64,000 nucleotides of DNA from Candidatus Iainarchaeum sp. (GCA_043808155.1 JAZDFD010000028.1:6697-70696); one strand, 5' to 3'; shown: positions 1 to 10,128, numbered from the stretch's first letter. Numbers and translations: made by a program. Notes: generated by a model from the sequence alone, not told the origin.

Positions 1-74
1 CTACAACAACGCAAAAACCATTAAACTATTTATATATGTTATTAGCACAATATTGTGTAAAGGGAAGTTAATCT

Positions 75-1766
75 ATGATTGAGAATTTTTTTCTTGAACT
101 CGCGGCAGTAATTATAATAGCTACTTGTCTTGCTTTTCTATTTAAAAAACTAAAGCAGCCAATCCTGCTTGCGTTTATTTTTGCAGGCATTCTTCTTGGC
201 TCTTCTTTTTTGAATGTAATTAGCTACAAAGAACTGCTACATGTTTTTTCGGAACTGGGAGTGGCTTTTCTGCTGTTTCTTGTTGGAATCAATCTTGATT
301 TGAGGATTTTCAGAGAAATAGGGAAAACATCAGTTATAACTGGAATCGGGCAAATCATTTTTACTACAATTATCGGATTTGGGATTGCGTCACTTTTGGG
401 CTTCGGGTTAGTGGAATCATTGTATATAGCAATCGCACTAACATTCAGCAGCACTATCATAATTGTAAAACTATTATCCGATAAGAAAGAATTGAATTCA
501 TTGTATGGAAAAATATCTATTGGTTTCCTATTAGTACAGGATTTTGTTGCGATTTTGGTTCTTGTTGTAATAGCATCCTTTTCTTTTTCAACTGACTTAA
601 CAAGCCAGCTTTCCTTGCTTGTTTTGAATTTGATTATACTGTTTTTGCTGTTTTTCATCGCATCCAAGTTTTTGGTTAAAATAATATTTAATGCGCTTTC
701 CAAGAATCAGGAACTTCTTTTTCTTGGGGCTATTTCCTGGTGCTTTGCTTTTGCGTCAGTAGCCATTTTTCTTGGTTTTTCCAAAGAAATTGGAGCCTTT
801 CTAGCGGGAGTTTCAATAGCATCTCTCCCGTATTCTTATGACATATTAGGAAAATTAAAGTATCTTAGAGATTTTTTCATTGTACTGTTCTTTGTTGTTC
901 TGGGCTCAAATTTAGTATTTGCAGCTTCCGATATAATTTTAGTCCCGGCAATAATACTTTCAATTTTTGTTCTTGTAGGGAACCCTATAATTGTTTTTAT
1001 CCTGATGGCTAAACTTGGTTACAAGAGCAGAACATGCTTTCTTTCAGGTCTGACTGTTGCCCAGATAAGCGAATTTTCCTTAATACTCATTTTCTTGGGG
1101 GCAAAATTAGGGCATGTTTCCAATGAAGTTGTTTCAATAATAACATTGGTTGCAGTTGCAACCATCAGTGTTTCCACTTATCTTATCATCTACAATAACC
1201 AATTGTATAATCATTTGTCTGCTTTTTTGCCTTTTTGGCGAAGCAAAAAATTTTTTGAAGATTCTCTGCACATTGTTGAAGATAAAGAGTATCCTTTTGT
1301 TTGCCTTGGTTTTGGAAATACGGGCAAAAGAATTTTTATTGATGATAAAGCAGATAACAAAGATGTGCTAGTTGTTGACTTTGACCCGAGGGCATTAAAA
1401 GAGGCAGGCAAACTAAACTTTCATACTCTTTATGGTGATGTGTATGATTTGGAAACAATTGATTTTATTTTAAAAGTAAAACCCAAAGTAGTTATTTCCA
1501 CTGTGATGAATGTTGATTCAAACATTGTCCTGGCTAAAAAACTATTGAAGAAAAATAATAACACAATCCTTATTGTTCTGGCTCACGACGTGTATGATGC
1601 GAAAAAACTTTCTGCAGAGGGCATAGAATTTGTGTTAGTACCTTCAATTATTACTGCTGACAAAGTAAAAACCATTCTGCAAGACATTAAAGCAGGCAAA
1701 AACTTTGAGCTGAACTGGTTAAAAAACACGCAGTTTAATTATGAGAACAAGTACTATTCGAAATAG
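75..1766 (+). CDS. Cation:proton antiporter (CPA2/Kef family) with C-terminal TrkA-N domain
   Basis: About 12 hydrophobic segments; motifs ALTFSST, LLVQD, GAFLAG, QISEFS; C-terminal CLGFGNTG...VVDFDP...YGD Rossmann-like domain. Confidence 0.88.
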   Translation: MIENFFLELAAVIIIATCLAFLFKKLKQPILLAFIFAGILLGSSFLNVISYKELLHVFSELGVAFLLFLVGINLDLRIFREIGKTSVITGIGQIIFTTIIGFGIASLLGFGLVESLYIAIALTFSSTIIIVKLLSDKKELNSLYGKISIGFLLVQDFVAILVLVVIASFSFSTDLTSQLSLLVLNLIILFLLFFIASKFLVKIIFNALSKNQELLFLGAISWCFAFASVAIFLGFSKEIGAFLAGVSIASLPYSYDILGKLKYLRDFFIVLFFVVLGSNLVFAASDIILVPAIILSIFVLVGNPIIVFILMAKLGYKSRTCFLSGLTVAQISEFSLILIFLGAKLGHVSNEVVSIITLVAVATISVSTYLIIYNNQLYNHLSAFLPFWRSKKFFEDSLHIVEDKEYPFVCLGFGNTGKRIFIDDKADNKDVLVVDFDPRALKEAGKLNFHTLYGDVYDLETIDFILKVKPKVVISTVMNVDSNIVLAKKLLKKNNNTILIVLAHDVYDAKKLSAEGIEFVLVPSIITADKVKTILQDIKAGKNFELNWLKNTQFNYENKYYSK

Positions 1767-1878
1767 TTTGATTAGGAGTTTTCCTTATCACTTTTTTATT
1801 TTCTTTTTTAAGTTACTACGCATAAGTGGAATTAACAACACAGATTGGTTTTAAAAGAGAATTATTTTTCTGATATAT

Positions 1879-2646
1879 ATGGATGCAATTATTTTTGGAT
1901 TACTATTAGCATTTTTTGCAGGTCTAGCCACGACAGTCGGCGGTTTAGTGGTTTTTTTTATAAAAGAACCTAAAGACTCTTATCTGGCATTCTCACTTGC
2001 ATTTTCAACAGGCGTTATGATAACAGTTTCGTTTATTGAGTTACTCCCTGAAGGAATTAAAATTCTTGGTGAAAGCCAGGGGCTTATTATCTTTTTTGCA
2101 GGAGCGGCATTTGCATTTGCAATAGATTATTTTTTGCCACATAGTTTCATTGCAGAAAAGGTTACTAAAAAACAGGTTTTTGATTCAAAACTAATGAAAA
2201 CAGGTGTGTTTGTTGCAATCGGATTAGCAATTCACAATTTCCCGGAAGGCTTTGCAGTTTTTGCAAGTAATTTACATTCAACAGGCCTTGGGATTACACT
2301 CGCAATTGCGATTGCACTTCATAACATTCCGGAAGGGATTGCAATTGCAATTCCTGTATTTTTTGCAACAAAACGCAAAAGAAAAGCATTAAGCCTTGCA
2401 TTTTTTGCAGGTATGGCTGAACCAATAGGCGCATTACTCGCAATGTTAATTTTGCTTCCGTTCCTTACACCTACAGTTATTGCAATCAGTTTGGTTTTTG
2501 TTGCAGGCATAATGGTTTACATATGTATTGATGAATTGTTACCTGCGTGTTATTGTCACTGCAAAAGTGAAAATTCACATTTAATGACTACTGGTTTTCT
2601 TTTAGGCAGTATTGTAATGGGTGCAACACTTGTTTTGCTTGCATAA
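1879..2646 (+). CDS. zupT: ZIP family zinc transporter
   Basis: AIHNFPEG and ALHNIPEG signatures, multiple TM helices, IDELLP. Confidence 0.9.
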   Translation: MDAIIFGLLLAFFAGLATTVGGLVVFFIKEPKDSYLAFSLAFSTGVMITVSFIELLPEGIKILGESQGLIIFFAGAAFAFAIDYFLPHSFIAEKVTKKQVFDSKLMKTGVFVAIGLAIHNFPEGFAVFASNLHSTGLGITLAIAIALHNIPEGIAIAIPVFFATKRKRKALSLAFFAGMAEPIGALLAMLILLPFLTPTVIAISLVFVAGIMVYICIDELLPACYCHCKSENSHLMTTGFLLGSIVMGATLVLLA

Positions 2647-2711
2647 AAAGTCAATATAATTTATAAAGACTTCTCCTGACTAATAATAAATTCAAACAAA
2701 GTGTGAATTCA

Positions 2712-3422
2712 ATGAAAAAAATTATTTTTATTTTGGTGTTATTTTTAATTTTCAGCGGATGTGTGGAACAGCCTGTTGAAAATAATGAAATTATTAATGA
2801 GCCTGTTGGAAATGAAGGACCAGAGAACACGGTTACTGATAATTTTTTAGAATTGTTTTCACAGACTCCAAATTTTAAAGCAGTTTATGTTATGACAAAT
2901 AACGGAGTTAAAGGTGACGGCGGGCAAATAGCAATTTACTACAAAGACGGAAAAATAAGAAAAGATATACTGGCAGGGGACGTTTTACAGCACACTTGGA
3001 TTCTGAAAGACAAAATCGTGGTTTGTGTTAAACCCGGAATACTGCCCGAGGCATGTGAAGAACAGACAATAGAAGACGCGGAAGAATCAGATTTAGAATT
3101 ATATGCTTTGAAAGTTAATACTGATTTGATAAAAGAAACTCCTGAAAAATACACAATAACTAAACTAGGTTTAAGAAAATATTCAACTGAGTTTGGGGAA
3201 TGTTACAAATTAGAACACACAATAGATGATGAGAAATTCACTTCTGAGTATTGTGCAACTGAAGACGGTATTATCTTATACATAAAAACTTTGTCTGAAA
3301 ATACAGAAGGCTTCCTTCTTTCAGAAATTGAAGCAGTTGAAGTTTTAAGAGAGGTTACTGATGCTAATTTAGAACCGCCGGTAATAAAAAATACAGGCAC
3401 AAACGATACAAATAGTAACTAA
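2712..3422 (+). CDS. Putative lipoprotein, function unknown
   Basis: MKK, hydrophobic stretch and FSGC lipobox; acidic soluble remainder; start moved to ATG 2712. Confidence 0.7.
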   Translation: MKKIIFILVLFLIFSGCVEQPVENNEIINEPVGNEGPENTVTDNFLELFSQTPNFKAVYVMTNNGVKGDGGQIAIYYKDGKIRKDILAGDVLQHTWILKDKIVVCVKPGILPEACEEQTIEDAEESDLELYALKVNTDLIKETPEKYTITKLGLRKYSTEFGECYKLEHTIDDEKFTSEYCATEDGIILYIKTLSENTEGFLLSEIEAVEVLREVTDANLEPPVIKNTGTNDTNSN

Positions 3423-3431
3423 AATCTGCAA

Positions 3432-3686
3432 TTAAAATTTAGAAGTATCTAAAATTTTTGCTTTTACACCTGAAATTTTACTGAGGTGTATTTTCAAAAG
3501 AGTGTTTTCTTTTTTTGTGCCTGTAAGCTGTAAAATAATTATTCCTGCGTTTGCACACATTTTTGTTGATTCATGAAGACCTACTCTCGTTTCAATACCG
3601 CACCCATATTTTGTGAGAACTTTCTGGATTGAAATTGCAGATTTTTTCCTGTCATTTACTTTTACAATCATTACCTGAGAAAACAT
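3432..3686 (-). CDS. Small ACT-like protein resembling the TM1266 iron-only hydrogenase system regulator family
   Basis: IQKVLTKYGCGIETRVGLHE...GIIILQL motif; adjacent to an [FeFe]-hydrogenase gene. Confidence 0.65.
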   Translation of the reverse strand: MFSQVMIVKVNDRKKSAISIQKVLTKYGCGIETRVGLHESTKMCANAGIIILQLTGTKKENTLLKIHLSKISGVKAKILDTSKF

Positions 3687-3687
3687 T

Positions 3688-4242
3688 TTATCGCCTCACA
3701 AAATAAACAAATGATGCAATGCATCCGCCTAAAATTGCTGTTGTAAACTGAAGAAGTCCCATTGCAGTAAGGAAAACTTCAGGAACTAATGAAAAGTAAA
3801 AGAGTGCTAATGTTACAGAAAATAAGAAAATTGCTTTTGCGAAGGATGCAGTTATTAATGAAACAAAGTAATTTTTCTGCATGTTTAATTTCAGTCTTTT
3901 AATTGCGTAAATGAAAATTGCGTTTGCAACCCAAATAAATGGCATGAGATACAACAAATAGAAACTTAATGGTCCGAAAATAAAGCCTGTTAAAAGAGCA
4001 GCGATACTTGGGAGTATAATTAACGGAAGAAGTTTTTTGGTTCCAAAATACAAGGCACCTAAAACCAAAAATGCATTAACAAACGTGCCCACGATTAGCT
4101 GATTTGGGAGGGTATTTACGTGTCCCAAAAGTAATGGGAACATAAACACTGCTGACGCATAGAGCAAGAATTCAAGATTTTGAAACTTGTGTTTAAGTGT
4201 TAGTTTATTATCAAATATCGAAATAAAATTATTTGTAGCCAT
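3688..4242 (-). CDS. Membrane protein, ECF S-component-like
   Basis: 5-6 TM helices; NQLIVGTFVNA, PFIWVAN and QFTTAILGG motifs. Confidence 0.6.
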   Translation of the reverse strand: MATNNFISIFDNKLTLKHKFQNLEFLLYASAVFMFPLLLGHVNTLPNQLIVGTFVNAFLVLGALYFGTKKLLPLIILPSIAALLTGFIFGPLSFYLLYLMPFIWVANAIFIYAIKRLKLNMQKNYFVSLITASFAKAIFLFSVTLALFYFSLVPEVFLTAMGLLQFTTAILGGCIASFVYFVRR

Positions 4243-4290
4243 GCACACAATAACATCAAGCTTTTATATAATATTTTCCTTATATTAGCC

Positions 4291-5379
4291 ATGGGATTTA
4301 ATGCAATCTTAAAAGAGCAGGAAATTGGGAACAAGATATTAATCGCCCAGGTAGCGCCTTCAATAAGAGTTTCAATAGGCGAAGAATTTGGAATGGCTAC
4401 AGGCACAATAGTTACAAAGAAATTGGTCGGGGCGCTCAAAAAAGCTGGTTTTCATTATGTTTTTGATACTGCAACATCGGCAGACATTGTAACATTAGAG
4501 GAAACACAGGAGTTTATTGAACGTAAAAAAAATGGCGGTCGCTTACCAATTTTCACATCATGCTGTCCTGGTTTTGTGAGTTATATTGAACATGCACATC
4601 CCGAATATGTTGATAATCTTTGTTCATGCAAAAGCCCGCAGGAAGTAATGGGTGCACTGATTAAAACATACTTCGCAGAGAGAAAAAATATTGACCCAAA
4701 AAACATATTTGTTGTTTCAATAATGCCCTGCATGATAAAAAAAGCAGAAGCAAGACGACCTGAATTAAGATTTGACAGAATACCTCATGTTGATAAAGTT
4801 TTAACAACAGTTGAGTGTGCAAACTTTCTGAAAGAAAAGGGAATTGATTTGAAAAAGGCAGAAGAGAAAGATTTTGATTCGTTATTGGGAAAATCAACTG
4901 GTGCGGGAAATATTTTCGGTGCAACAGGCGGAGTTATGGAATCTGTTCTGAGACTTTATTCAAGTATGAAAGACAAAAAAATGGGAAAAATTGAATTCAA
5001 AGAAGTTCGCGGAATGGATGGTGTTAAAGAAGCAACTGTTAAAATTGGAAATGAAAAAATAAAAGTTGCTGTAATAAACGGACTGAAAAATGCAGCACAG
5101 ATTTTGAATGATTCTGAAAAATTAAAAGAATTTGCAATTATTGAATGTATGGCTTGTGCAGGCGGGTGTGTTGGTGGTGCTGGTCAGCCAAAAACAACTA
5201 TTGATAAAGTTGATCTGAGAAGAAAGGCACTTTACAAAGTAGATTCAGAAAAGAAGGAAAGAACATCCAGTGAAAATACTGCAGTTAAAAAATTATATTC
5301 AGATTATCTTGAAAAACCCGGAAGCGAAAAAGCAAAGAAATTACTTCATACAAAATATCTAACATTCTATGAAAATTGA
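4291..5379 (+). CDS. hydA: Monomeric minimal [FeFe]-hydrogenase (H-cluster domain plus small-subunit-like tail)
   Basis: L1 FTSCCPG, L2 IMPCMIKKAE, L3 ECMACAGGCVGGAGQP; N-terminal QVAPSIR; C-terminal LLHT; no accessory FeS domain. Confidence 0.92.
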   Translation: MGFNAILKEQEIGNKILIAQVAPSIRVSIGEEFGMATGTIVTKKLVGALKKAGFHYVFDTATSADIVTLEETQEFIERKKNGGRLPIFTSCCPGFVSYIEHAHPEYVDNLCSCKSPQEVMGALIKTYFAERKNIDPKNIFVVSIMPCMIKKAEARRPELRFDRIPHVDKVLTTVECANFLKEKGIDLKKAEEKDFDSLLGKSTGAGNIFGATGGVMESVLRLYSSMKDKKMGKIEFKEVRGMDGVKEATVKIGNEKIKVAVINGLKNAAQILNDSEKLKEFAIIECMACAGGCVGGAGQPKTTIDKVDLRRKALYKVDSEKKERTSSENTAVKKLYSDYLEKPGSEKAKKLLHTKYLTFYEN

Positions 5380-5413
5380 AATTCGGAAAAATGAAAATTA
5401 CGTTTATTTCATT

Positions 5414-6289
5414 TTATTTTTTGTTCTCGTTATGATTTTTGCGTTTTTTTAGGAGTAGGTATATGTTGGTAGGAGAATAGCCTGTTTTTTCTGCGATTTC
5501 AGAAACAGTATACATTGGCGTACCATCATTATTTTTCGTATTTGCTAATTTCGCCACATAGTTCTGTCGGTAGTCTCTTTCAATTTCTGCTTTTTTTAGG
5601 ATTTGACTCACTCCTTTTTTAGTTATTTCTGTCATTCTACCTATTTCTTCCAAAGTATAGGTTGGTTTTCTTGTTTTTATATTGTGTAGTGAGCCGAGGC
5701 GGATGATTTCTTCTGTTTTTGGATTTGGTTTTCTTCCTCTTAATGCTAGTCTTTTAATTTTTGCGTTTTTTAGGATTCGGTATATGTTGTTAGGAGAATA
5801 GCCTGTTTTTTCTGCGATTTCAGAAACAGTATACATTGGCTTACCATCATTATTTTTCGTATTTGCTAATTTCGCCACACGGTCCTGTCGGTAGTCTCTT
5901 TCAATTTTAGCTTTTTTTAGGATTGGGACTATTTGACTAGTGGAATAGCCTGTTTCTTTTGCGATGTCTGACAGTGTATGGGTTGGTTTTCCTTTTTTTA
6001 CATCGTGTAATGAGCCTAAGCGAATTACTTCTTCTTGCGGTGGGATTAATTTCATTGTAGATCGGGGTGATTTGCGTTGTCTTTTAAATCCTTCTTTAAA
6101 TAGGATTTGCCTTACTCTTTCGCGAGAGATGGGGGGGGATACCATCCTGCCTATTGTTGCATGAGAATATTTTGGTCTTTCTTTGCTTATGTTGAATATT
6201 GAATTCAAGCGAACTATTTCTTCGTTTCTGGAAAGAAAAATTAATTCACGTATGTTAAATTTTTTATATATTTTTGGTCTTATAGGCAC
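5414..6289 (-). CDS. Multi-helix-turn-helix repeat protein
   Basis: Five HTH-like units (e.g. TVSEIAEKTGYSPNNIYRIL, ISRERVRQIL); internal 107-aa duplication; TATA-like box about 25 bp upstream of the GTG start. Confidence 0.7.
   Translation of the reverse strand: MPIRPKIYKKFNIRELIFLSRNEEIVRLNSIFNISKERPKYSHATIGRMVSPPISRERVRQILFKEGFKRQRKSPRSTMKLIPPQEEVIRLGSLHDVKKGKPTHTLSDIAKETGYSTSQIVPILKKAKIERDYRQDRVAKLANTKNNDGKPMYTVSEIAEKTGYSPNNIYRILKNAKIKRLALRGRKPNPKTEEIIRLGSLHNIKTRKPTYTLEEIGRMTEITKKGVSQILKKAEIERDYRQNYVAKLANTKNNDGTPMYTVSEIAEKTGYSPTNIYLLLKKRKNHNENKK
5460..5924. repeat. Intragenic direct repeat, 321 bp period (about 145 bp near-identical blocks at 5460-5603 and 5781-5924)
   Basis: Direct comparison of the two blocks shows only scattered mismatches. 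Confidence 0.9.
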
Positions 6290-6327
6290 ATAATATTTAT
6301 GTTTTGAAATTATTTAAGACTATCTTT

Positions 6328-6468
6328 AAAAAAATAAAAAAAGGAATCTGGAAAAATTATTCCAGAGTGTAAAGAACTAATCCTGACCAGACTTTTGGAT
6401 AAAAGAAAGTTGAGTTCTGAAGCATTTTCTCGCCTGTTCCGGAAACAGCCCCTAATTCCTGAACAGGT
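6328..6468 (-). ncRNA. Candidate structured small RNA
   Basis: Minus-strand TATA-like box at 6487-6494, three successive stems, last hairpin followed by a long T tract. Confidence 0.4.
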
Positions 6469-6585
6469 AACTAATAAAAATAAATGATTTAAAATTATCT
6501 CAAATCATAAAGCAGAATTGCAAATATAAGATTTATTAATTAATCCCATAATAAATTATCTACGAAAATAGGGGGCTGTGATAAT

Positions 6586-7926
6586 ATGGATTTTGAAAAA
6601 ATAGGTTTGCGAGTGCCTAAAATTTTACTTCCAAAAAACGGGATTGACATGACAAAATGGGCTGTGATTGCCTGCGATCAGTACACATCACAAAAAGAAT
6701 ATTGGGACGAAGTTAATAAGTTAGTAAATGATGAACCATCAACATTACATTTAATATTTCCCGAAGTTTACTTGGAATCAGAAAAAAAGAATGAAATAGT
6801 CTGTAACATAAACAAAAATATGGACGAGTATATTGAAAATGGAACTCTTATTGAACAAAAAGAAGGATTTATTATTGTTGATAGAAAAACACCATCATGC
6901 GAATCAAGAAAAGGGATGATTGTTGCCTTAGATCTTGAAAAATACGATTACAGAGAAAATTCTCAGACTTTAATAAGGCCTACAGAAGGAACAATTGTTG
7001 AAAGACTAAAACCAAGAATAAAAATAAGGGAAAATGCAACAATGGAATTGCCACATATTATTGTGTTGATTGATGATCCTGAAAAAACAGTTATAGAACC
7101 GCTTTTTGAAAAAAACCTTGAAAAAATTTATGATTTTGAACTGATGATGGATGGCGGGCATATTAAAGGATACAAAGTGGACGATAAAGATACAATCAAT
7201 CAAATCGCAAATAATCTTGAGAAGCTTGCGAATCCCGAAGCATTCAATAAAAAATATGGCGTTTCAGACAAACCTATTTTGCTTTATGCCATGGGTGACG
7301 GAAACCATTCGTTTGCAACCGCAAAATCAATATGGGAAAAATTGAAAGAAGAGAAAGGTGGATTCGAAGCAGTAAAAAATCATCCTGCACGTTATGCATT
7401 GGTTGAAATTATTAACATACACGATGACGGAGTTGAAATTGAACCAATTCACAGAGTTCTTTTTAATATAAATCCCAATAATGTGCTTGAAGCAATGAAA
7501 GACTTCTATGAAAAACAAGGTTCAGAAGTCACATACAAAAAAGTCGGAACATTTGATGAAATGAAAAAAGCGACTAAGCAATTAAAAAATCAAAATACGC
7601 AGGTTATTTCATTTGTAGCAGGAAATGAATACGGCGTTATATCCGTGAACAATTCACAATACAATCTGGAAGCAGAAACAATAGAAGTATTCCTTAACAG
7701 TTATGTTAAGGAAAACAAAAAGGCAAAAATAGATTATATTCACGGAGATGGTGTTGTAACTGATTTGGGTTCAAAACCAAATAATATTGGGTTTTATCTC
7801 CCCGACTGGTCAAAAAGTGAAATATTCAAAACAGTGATTTTCTACGGAGTATATCCGAGAAAAACTTTTTCCATAGGACATGCAGGGGATAAAAAATACT
7901 ATGTTGAATGCAGAAAAATAGTGTAA
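6586..7926 (+). CDS. DUF1015 family protein
   Basis: WAVIACDQYTS, IRPTEGT, AMGDGNHS, PIHRV and PRKTFS motifs. Confidence 0.85.
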   Translation: MDFEKIGLRVPKILLPKNGIDMTKWAVIACDQYTSQKEYWDEVNKLVNDEPSTLHLIFPEVYLESEKKNEIVCNINKNMDEYIENGTLIEQKEGFIIVDRKTPSCESRKGMIVALDLEKYDYRENSQTLIRPTEGTIVERLKPRIKIRENATMELPHIIVLIDDPEKTVIEPLFEKNLEKIYDFELMMDGGHIKGYKVDDKDTINQIANNLEKLANPEAFNKKYGVSDKPILLYAMGDGNHSFATAKSIWEKLKEEKGGFEAVKNHPARYALVEIINIHDDGVEIEPIHRVLFNINPNNVLEAMKDFYEKQGSEVTYKKVGTFDEMKKATKQLKNQNTQVISFVAGNEYGVISVNNSQYNLEAETIEVFLNSYVKENKKAKIDYIHGDGVVTDLGSKPNNIGFYLPDWSKSEIFKTVIFYGVYPRKTFSIGHAGDKKYYVECRKIV

Positions 7927-7990
7927 CGTCATATTACCGAGAAATGCCATCAACGTAAATTATATTAAAAGCAACAACGTATTATGTGAC

Positions 7991-8641
7991 ATGCACAAAT
8001 ATGAAAAAATGGCCATAATTCTTGTGGCTTTGATGTTTTTAGGCGCATTTATAGTCTATCCTATGCTCCCTGAAAAAGTGCCGATTCACTGGAATATCAA
8101 AGGCGAAGCAAACGGATATGGCGATCCTTTAGTCGGAGCGTTTATGTTCCCACTAATCGGGATTTTCATGATTCTTCTTTTTTGGTTTATTCCAAAAATT
8201 GCAGTTTTCAAAGAGAATTTGAAAAAATTTGAAAATGAATATTATTTGTTTGAATTGTTTATGATTTTGTTTTTTATCGTAATGTTCAAACTAACTTTGC
8301 TACCGAATTTCGGATTTGAGTTTAATATGTCATGGGCGATTATGCCTTTGATTGCAATTCTGTTTATTTTCATAGGAATTATAATGCCAAAATTTAAGAG
8401 AAATTTCTTTATGGGCATTAGAACACCATGGACAATTGCAAATGATGTTGTCTGGGAAAAAACTCACAAATTAGGCGGAAAACTTTTCATTGCATTGGGT
8501 GTGATTTCACTTATTGGTTTGATTTTACCTGATTTATTTTTGTACATATTTGTAGCGCCAGTTCTTTTGGTAGTTGCAATTTTGTTTGTTTATTCTTATT
8601 TAGAATTTAAAAAAATCAATGGCGGACATGTTCAGCTTTGA
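7991..8641 (+). CDS. SdpI/DUF1648 family membrane protein
   Basis: VPIHWNIKGEANGY and RNFFMGIRTPWT...VWEKTH. Confidence 0.88.
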   Translation: MHKYEKMAIILVALMFLGAFIVYPMLPEKVPIHWNIKGEANGYGDPLVGAFMFPLIGIFMILLFWFIPKIAVFKENLKKFENEYYLFELFMILFFIVMFKLTLLPNFGFEFNMSWAIMPLIAILFIFIGIIMPKFKRNFFMGIRTPWTIANDVVWEKTHKLGGKLFIALGVISLIGLILPDLFLYIFVAPVLLVVAILFVYSYLEFKKINGGHVQL

Positions 8642-8657
8642 ACAGAGGGGTCTTAAC

Positions 8658-9068
8658 ATGGACTTGAAGAAATTTTTAATTTCAGGAATTTTAGCAGGAA
8701 TTGCAATTTTTATAGTTAGTTTTATTTTTGATTATCTTGTCGGAATGTTTTTCCCTTATGACAGTTTCACATTGGGCGGGATGCGTGCAATGGAAGACCC
8801 GATGATGATGTTTTTCTTTTTGAATCCGTGGGTTCTGGGATTTTCAATGTCAGCAGTATATCACTATGTGAAAGATTCATTCAAGGGAACGACTATGCAG
8901 AAAGGAAAATCATTCGGATTGTTGGTGTGGTTAGTTGCTGGTTTGCCAAGTGCATTCATAGTGTACACAAGCATGAATTATCCTGTCAGATTTACAATAA
9001 GTTCAATTTTTGGAAGTCTTTTGTACATGGTTGCAGGTGCAATAGTAATTGCAAAGTTTATGGAATAA
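8658..9068 (+). CDS. Small membrane protein (about 4 TM), function unknown
   Basis: Hydrophobic ORF; probable start MDLKK at 8658. Confidence 0.65.
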   Translation: MDLKKFLISGILAGIAIFIVSFIFDYLVGMFFPYDSFTLGGMRAMEDPMMMFFFLNPWVLGFSMSAVYHYVKDSFKGTTMQKGKSFGLLVWLVAGLPSAFIVYTSMNYPVRFTISSIFGSLLYMVAGAIVIAKFME

Positions 9069-9120
9069 CCATTAAATAAAGAAAAAAGTATAAATAGACT
9101 TTTACACATAGGGTTACTGT

Positions 9121-10065
9121 ATGGCTTCGAATCTATTTCCCACAATTAAATTCTCAAATGGAGAACTTGTGATTTACGGATTTGCACACGGGTTTTCAAT
9201 AGAGGGTGCCACGGGACTGGAAATAATATCACGCAGAGTAAAAAATGCATTGAGGACTGCTTCCAAAAAATTCAGTCCAGACGATTATTTTATTGTGGAG
9301 GGATTTGATCCCGAAATTTATGCAAAAGCAGCTTCAGAAACCGAAATGCGTGATATGAGAGAAGGCACAATTGATAATATGGCCCCAATTGTAAACCCAC
9401 TTTTGCCAAAAGACGCAATTGTTGAATTTCCAGAACATTATATTTTTGATTTATCTGGGGGAACAGATCCTGGTGGAATAATGGAACGGAAACTACTCGA
9501 TATCATTGCTGAGGCGACAGGCAAAGAGCTCAGCTCTGGCGGTGAAGTTACAAAATTAAAAGAAGGTGATATTTTTCAGGGCAAACAAAAGGAAATTGAA
9601 CTATTGGTAAAAGCAGGGTTTGACAGAAAGGCTGCAAAGACATTTATTGAAAGCAGAACAACATTTAGAAGTCTGCTTCTCAGTGTAATTGCCAGAAACA
9701 GACAATTGGCACTTGGAGGAACGACCAGGTTGTTTTGCGGTTTCGTTCACTCATCAGAAATTGAAGCATTTTTAAAAAATCCAAAAATGGCAGGCAAATA
9801 TATGGAAAAATGGGGATCGGTAAATAATGGCTTGTTTTCTGAAATCTATGGTCATGTTAATCAATCAAACAATGTAATTGATAGATATTTTACACTGCAT
9901 TCCAAAGGCCTTGAACCAAGAGAAAAAGGTAATTTGATGAAATTCTGCTCATTAGACCTTGAACAGAATTATCTCGAACATGTAAGAACGAATGCTCACA
10001 AACCAAGACCCTTTGTAGGTTTTATTGATATACCAAGATTCCGCAAAAGACCAAGATTAAAATAA
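9121..10065 (+). CDS. Hypothetical protein with basic C-terminal tail
   Basis: 314-aa ORF with upstream TATA-like box; no family recognised. Confidence 0.6.
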   Translation: MASNLFPTIKFSNGELVIYGFAHGFSIEGATGLEIISRRVKNALRTASKKFSPDDYFIVEGFDPEIYAKAASETEMRDMREGTIDNMAPIVNPLLPKDAIVEFPEHYIFDLSGGTDPGGIMERKLLDIIAEATGKELSSGGEVTKLKEGDIFQGKQKEIELLVKAGFDRKAAKTFIESRTTFRSLLLSVIARNRQLALGGTTRLFCGFVHSSEIEAFLKNPKMAGKYMEKWGSVNNGLFSEIYGHVNQSNNVIDRYFTLHSKGLEPREKGNLMKFCSLDLEQNYLEHVRTNAHKPRPFVGFIDIPRFRKRPRLK

Positions 10066-10128
10066 ACTAAAAATAGTGATGGGTTTTGATTTTTAAATCT
10101 TTCCAAACAAAATTGATTAAGATGTTTC

